Shown piece by piece: positions 60,200 through 64,000 of a stretch of DNA of 64,000 nt. Positions within the stretch are counted from its first letter, which is position 1. Each line of letters opens with the position of its first letter. A program made the position numbers and the translations under genes. Under the pieces are notes generated by a model. The model saw only the letters and a program-made list of their open reading frames with translations, was not told the origin of the DNA and did no database searches. This stretch comes from Acidobacteriota bacterium (GTDB taxonomy: Bacteria > Acidobacteriota > UBA6911): assembly GCA_963664705.1 (NCBI GenBank), contig OY761556.1:960001-1024000 (forward strand), in the 5' to 3' direction.

Positions 60200-63100
60200 T
60201 TATTGGCGCATCTCCGCCAGCTTTTTCTCCAATATCCCATCAAGGGTGGCATAGGGGAAGAAGTTTGCGGTTGAGGCGGTGGTATCGATTCGGAGCGGAA
60301 CCAGTGCTCCGGAATACATATCCTCTCTTGGGACCGCGGCCGGTTTTCCCTTTCTCTCATCCCGTTCGGACGGGTTGCTTCCCATTGCGGACACCAATCC
60401 AGCCCGGATGGCGACCGGGTTGACGCTTATGGGCGGGTGGCCGGTGGCTGTGGCAAGTTTGGCCAGCAGTTCTCCATTGGTCAAGCCTCCAACCGGGCGG
60501 CTGCCCGGATGGACGTCGATGATCTGCCGGTCAAAGCTCACGATGGTTCCTTCTGATTCGGCCAGCGTAGCGCCTGGGAGCACAACTTCGGCCGCACGCG
60601 CTGTTTCGGTCAGGAAGTGATCGATGACAACAAGCGACTCAATAGCCGCGAAATCCTTGGCCGCGCGATAGTCCCCCAGCGGGTTTTCGAACATGACAAG
60701 GGCTGCCCGCAGCTTTTCCATATTCAACGTATTGTCGATGCCGGCGAACTTAGCGCCTACGCTGTTGCAATCCGATCTCAGAAGCAGCAGCCCTTTCCCG
60801 AGGCCCCGGATGTTGCCGGTCAGCATCAGGATCTGAGCCAGCCCGCGCAGGTCATCGGTCGAGCGTTCAAGGGTGTCGTCCAGATCGTAGACGGCAAGCA
60901 CCTTGCGCGCTTTGGTGATCTTTTCCACGCAAGCGCGGATCCTGGACATTTCCACGCCGGATACCATTGCAACGCCGTCCAGAGTCAGGGATTCAAGCGA
61001 GTCTCGGAGGGCACGCAGATCCGCTTTCTCAGAGACGCTGGCCGGATCGTTGGCCAGGATCAGATCAAGGATAGCGGCAAATGTGATTCCGGTTGTGCCA
61101 CGCTTCGTATCCAGCCACAAGTCCTCCGGGCGAAGCAGGTCGATCTGGCCGGAATTGAGCACAATCATTTCTGCGCCACGCTTCAGTGCCCGCCGGATCG
61201 CCATGCCAAGCACAGGGTGGGTGACGCTTGGATCTGCGCCGGCAACGATAATCAGATCCGCGTGATTGATATCGTCCATGGTGCACGTGGAAGCGGTATC
61301 GCCGAGGATCTTGTCCAGATCGTGGCGAGGTCCGCCCCTACGGTTTTGCCCGAAGCTTCCGACCTCCGTGGTCCCCAGGCCGTTTGCCAGGTGGTGGACA
61401 AGCAGGGCTTCTTCCACGGTCATTCGCGGGCATGCCATGATACCGATGGATTCCGGGCCATGAGCTTTGGCCGCTTTTTGCAGCACCGCTGCGGCGGCTG
61501 TGAGCGCTTCATCCCAGCTCGCTTCCGTCAGTTTTCCATTCTTTCTGACCAGCGGCTTATGCAGACGTCCCGGCCCTTGAATCAGCCCTGTGCCGAACCG
61601 TCCTTTGAGGCACAATTCGCCCCTGGCCAGGCTGGAGGATTCCGGCGCCGTTGCCCAGAGGAGACCGTCCGCGACGACATTCAAATCCAGATCGCAGCCG
61701 ATCGAACAGAAATTGCAGACCGATGGGACCTTTTTGGTTTTCCACGGGCCCTGGCGGCCATAATCGAGCTTGGCTTCCAGCGCTCCGGTCGGGCAGCTTT
61801 CAACGCAGGCGCCGCAGGCGATGCAGGCGCTTTCCACCATGGATTTCCCCATGGCCGGTCGCACGGTTGTTGCAAAACCGCGACCGACAAAGCCGAGCAC
61901 GGAAAGCCCGACAACATCGGCGCAGGTTCTTACGCAACGTCCGCATAAAATGCATTTGTTCGGGTCGAGGGAAATCAGCGGATGGCTGCGGTCCACTTTA
62001 TGGCGGCGCACTTCGCCGGCCACTCTGGAGATGTCGACGTGATATTCCGCGGCGTAGCGCTTCAAATCGCAACCGAATACCGTCTTGCATCCGCATTCCA
62101 TACAGCGGATGGCCTCACCCTTCATCTGGTGTTCGTTCAGCCCCGTTTCAACCTGGTAGAAGTCATGAATGCGCACCAGCGGCTCACGTTCCGGCATAGG
62201 CGAGCGCTTGTTTTGATCCACATCGCTAAAAGTTGTATTTGGAATGGTTCCAAAAAAGTCTCTTCGGCTTTGGAAATCCGGTCCGGGCTGCAGTACCTTG
62301 CCGGTCTTCAGATATCCATCGATCGCAAGTGCGGCAAAGCGTCCATGCGCAATCGCGTCAATTACCGCGGATGGGCCAATGACGACGTCGCCCCCTGCAA
62401 AGACCCCCTTGATGTTGGTTGCCATCGTTTTCGGGTCCGCCTGGAGTGTTGACCATTTGCTGGCGGCGGGGTGGAGATTCTCCGGTTCCTTGCTCAGTGC
62501 CGTGAGATCGGTATCCTGTCCTATGGCCGCAAAGATATACTCGCAGTGGAAGTCGGTGACCGCTCCCTTGATGGGGACCGGTTTGCGTCTGCCGCTCGCA
62601 TCGGGCTCGCCCAGTTCCATGCGCTGGCACCGGATTGCCTTGAGCTTGCCGTTTTCAGCAATCAGTTCCAGCGGAGATACCAGGAGTTCCAGCTTCACGC
62701 CTTCTCTCTCGGCCGCGTCCACCTCTTCATGGTGAGCGGGCATTTCAGTTCTGCTCCGGCGATACAGAATGGTTACTTCGCTGGCACCGCAGCGCAGAGC
62801 TGTCCGCGCTGCGTCGATAGCGGAGTTGCCTCCGCCCATGACGGCAACTTTTCCTTTCAGCCGCGGGTATCCATTGAGCTCGCAATCCCGCAGAAAATCG
62901 AGGGCGGATTTCACGCCTTCGATTTCATCTTCTCCCTGAAGGCCCATCTTCTTGCCCAGCGGGGCACCCAGAGCGATGAAAACTGAATCGAAGCGATCGT
63001 TTTCCATCAGGCTCTGAACCGTGAAGTCTTTTCCGAGTTGCACCTCGGTCTGAACGTTGATTCCGAGATCGAGAATGCCCTGGATCTCATCATCCAATTC

Positions 63101-63856
63101 TTTTCGGGGAAGTCTGTATTCGGGGATTCCATACCGGAGCATTCCGCCTAATTTGGGCAGAGACTCAAAGATCGTGACTTCATGGCCGAGTCTGGCCAGG
63201 TAATTGGCGCAGCTCAATCCTGCGGGACCCCCGCCGATGATTGCGACCTGCTTGCTGGATTTCTTGAGATTCTTTGGCAGCGTAGGGACCGTTCCCGCAT
63301 GCTCCGAAACGTAGCGCTTGACGAAGTTGATGCCGACGGCTTCGTCGACGTTGTTGCGGAGACAGCTCACTTCGCACTTTCGTACACAGACGCGTCCACA
63401 TACAACGGGAAGCGGATTCCGATCCCGAATCAATTCCAGAGATTCCTTATAGTAGCCGAGTGCAGCCAGGCTCATGTAACCCTGGATGTCGACGCCCGCC
63501 GGGCAGGAACGCTGGCCGGGGCAGACGCAATCCGCGTAGTGATCGGAGAGCAGAAGCTCCAGGGCGCTTTTCCTCGCTGTAACAATGCGCGGGCTTCGCG
63601 TCGTGACTTCCATTCCGTCCCGTATCCGGGTTACGCACGCCGGAACCAGGCGCGGCGCCCCCTTCACTTCCACCACACACAGGAAACAAGAGCCGTACGG
63701 TTCAAGCCTGGGATCGTGGCACAGGGTGGGGATTTCGTCGAAATTGTGCTTGCGTACAACATCGAGAATCGTCTGACCCGGAGCCTCGGAGACCTTCTTC
63801 CCGTTAATCATCAGCTCGACTGCTATGGATGCTCGATCTTTTATTTCTGTAGCCAT
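60200..63856 (-). CDS. large Fe-S flavoprotein: 2Fe-2S + GltD/NfnB-like FAD/NADPH module + ferredoxin + FDH-like scaffold (StnC-like transhydrogenase subunit)
   Basis: IPTLCH..GSCFLCVV; CGRVC...CE; GGGPAG; GGGNSAID.AR; CILCGRCVRTC; CIACGACVESCP; CNFCSIGC...LCLKG. Confidence 0.8.
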   Translation of the reverse strand: MATEIKDRASIAVELMINGKKVSEAPGQTILDVVRKHNFDEIPTLCHDPRLEPYGSCFLCVVEVKGAPRLVPACVTRIRDGMEVTTRSPRIVTARKSALELLLSDHYADCVCPGQRSCPAGVDIQGYMSLAALGYYKESLELIRDRNPLPVVCGRVCVRKCEVSCLRNNVDEAVGINFVKRYVSEHAGTVPTLPKNLKKSSKQVAIIGGGPAGLSCANYLARLGHEVTIFESLPKLGGMLRYGIPEYRLPRKELDDEIQGILDLGINVQTEVQLGKDFTVQSLMENDRFDSVFIALGAPLGKKMGLQGEDEIEGVKSALDFLRDCELNGYPRLKGKVAVMGGGNSAIDAARTALRCGASEVTILYRRSRTEMPAHHEEVDAAEREGVKLELLVSPLELIAENGKLKAIRCQRMELGEPDASGRRKPVPIKGAVTDFHCEYIFAAIGQDTDLTALSKEPENLHPAASKWSTLQADPKTMATNIKGVFAGGDVVIGPSAVIDAIAHGRFAALAIDGYLKTGKVLQPGPDFQSRRDFFGTIPNTTFSDVDQNKRSPMPEREPLVRIHDFYQVETGLNEHQMKGEAIRCMECGCKTVFGCDLKRYAAEYHVDISRVAGEVRRHKVDRSHPLISLDPNKCILCGRCVRTCADVVGLSVLGFVGRGFATTVRPAMGKSMVESACIACGACVESCPTGALEAKLDYGRQGPWKTKKVPSVCNFCSIGCDLDLNVVADGLLWATAPESSSLARGELCLKGRFGTGLIQGPGRLHKPLVRKNGKLTEASWDEALTAAAAVLQKAAKAHGPESIGIMACPRMTVEEALLVHHLANGLGTTEVGSFGQNRRGGPRHDLDKILGDTASTCTMDDINHADLIIVAGADPSVTHPVLGMAIRRALKRGAEMIVLNSGQIDLLRPEDLWLDTKRGTTGITFAAILDLILANDPASVSEKADLRALRDSLESLTLDGVAMVSGVEMSRIRACVEKITKARKVLAVYDLDDTLERSTDDLRGLAQILMLTGNIRGLGKGLLLLRSDCNSVGAKFAGIDNTLNMEKLRAALVMFENPLGDYRAAKDFAAIESLVVIDHFLTETARAAEVVLPGATLAESEGTIVSFDRQIIDVHPGSRPVGGLTNGELLAKLATATGHPPISVNPVAIRAGLVSAMGSNPSERDERKGKPAAVPREDMYSGALVPLRIDTTASTANFFPYATLDGILEKKLAEMRQ

Positions 63857-63937
63857 TTTTGTGAATCTCTTTTGAGTTGGTTCCCTAAGGGCGAATCAGG
63901 AACAAAACATTCATAATTCGTCATTCGTCATCCGCAA

Positions 63938-64000
63938 TTACAATTTCTCAATGGCGCCAAAATTGCACATCGTGAGGCACTTGGCGCACTTGATGCATTT
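63938..64000 (-). CDS. C-terminal 4Fe-4S domain of the upstream subunit (probably NuoF/HydB/StnB-like; truncated by the window)
   Basis: Manual translation KCIKCAKCLTMCNFGAIEKL* contains CxxCxxCxxxC. Confidence 0.7.
   Translation of the reverse strand, partial: KCIKCAKCLTMCNFGAIEKL

Noticed and set aside
58561-61948. 467-aa and 443-aa plus-strand ORFs
   Set aside because: Antisense shadows of the kinase and oxidoreductase genes.
63910-63937. TTCATAA-TTCGTCA-TTCGTCA-TCCGCAA heptamer run
   Set aside because: A short degenerate intergenic repeat, too small to be CRISPR or to assign a function.

Overview
This is a gene-dense bacterial window of mostly GC-rich DNA. The gene families suggest an anaerobic Acidobacteriota-like organism (inference). 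It carries housekeeping and metabolic genes: fhs, aspA, a GH20 hexosaminidase, Nfu, HU, DppBC, RlmI, CCA enzyme, LepB, E1 alpha/beta, a sirtuin and an StnC-like oxidoreductase. Two signalling regions stand out. (1) At 10.3-21.2 kb is a candidate peptide-signalling (quorum-sensing-like) locus. An RRE/PqqD-M50 protease-HlyD fusion lies upstream of an unannotated 20-aa ORF (MQTDIEILESRETP-MIIWVG, 18236-18298), a possible second micro-ORF, and a membrane HD-GYP phosphodiesterase. These converge on a giant pseudokinase-ATPase-TPR-GAF-sigma54 activator, and the middle of the locus is AT-rich. (2) At 32.6-54.9 kb are two convergent trans-envelope signalling operons, each preceded by a sigma28-like promoter. 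One has five PhnD-like binding proteins, two kinases and a TolC with a proline heptad-repeat loop, but no transporter. The other is TBDR-YfiR-kinase-RR-two GGDEF/EAL genes. No rRNA, tRNA, CRISPR array or mobile element was recognised. All calls come from reading motifs by eye; no database search was run.
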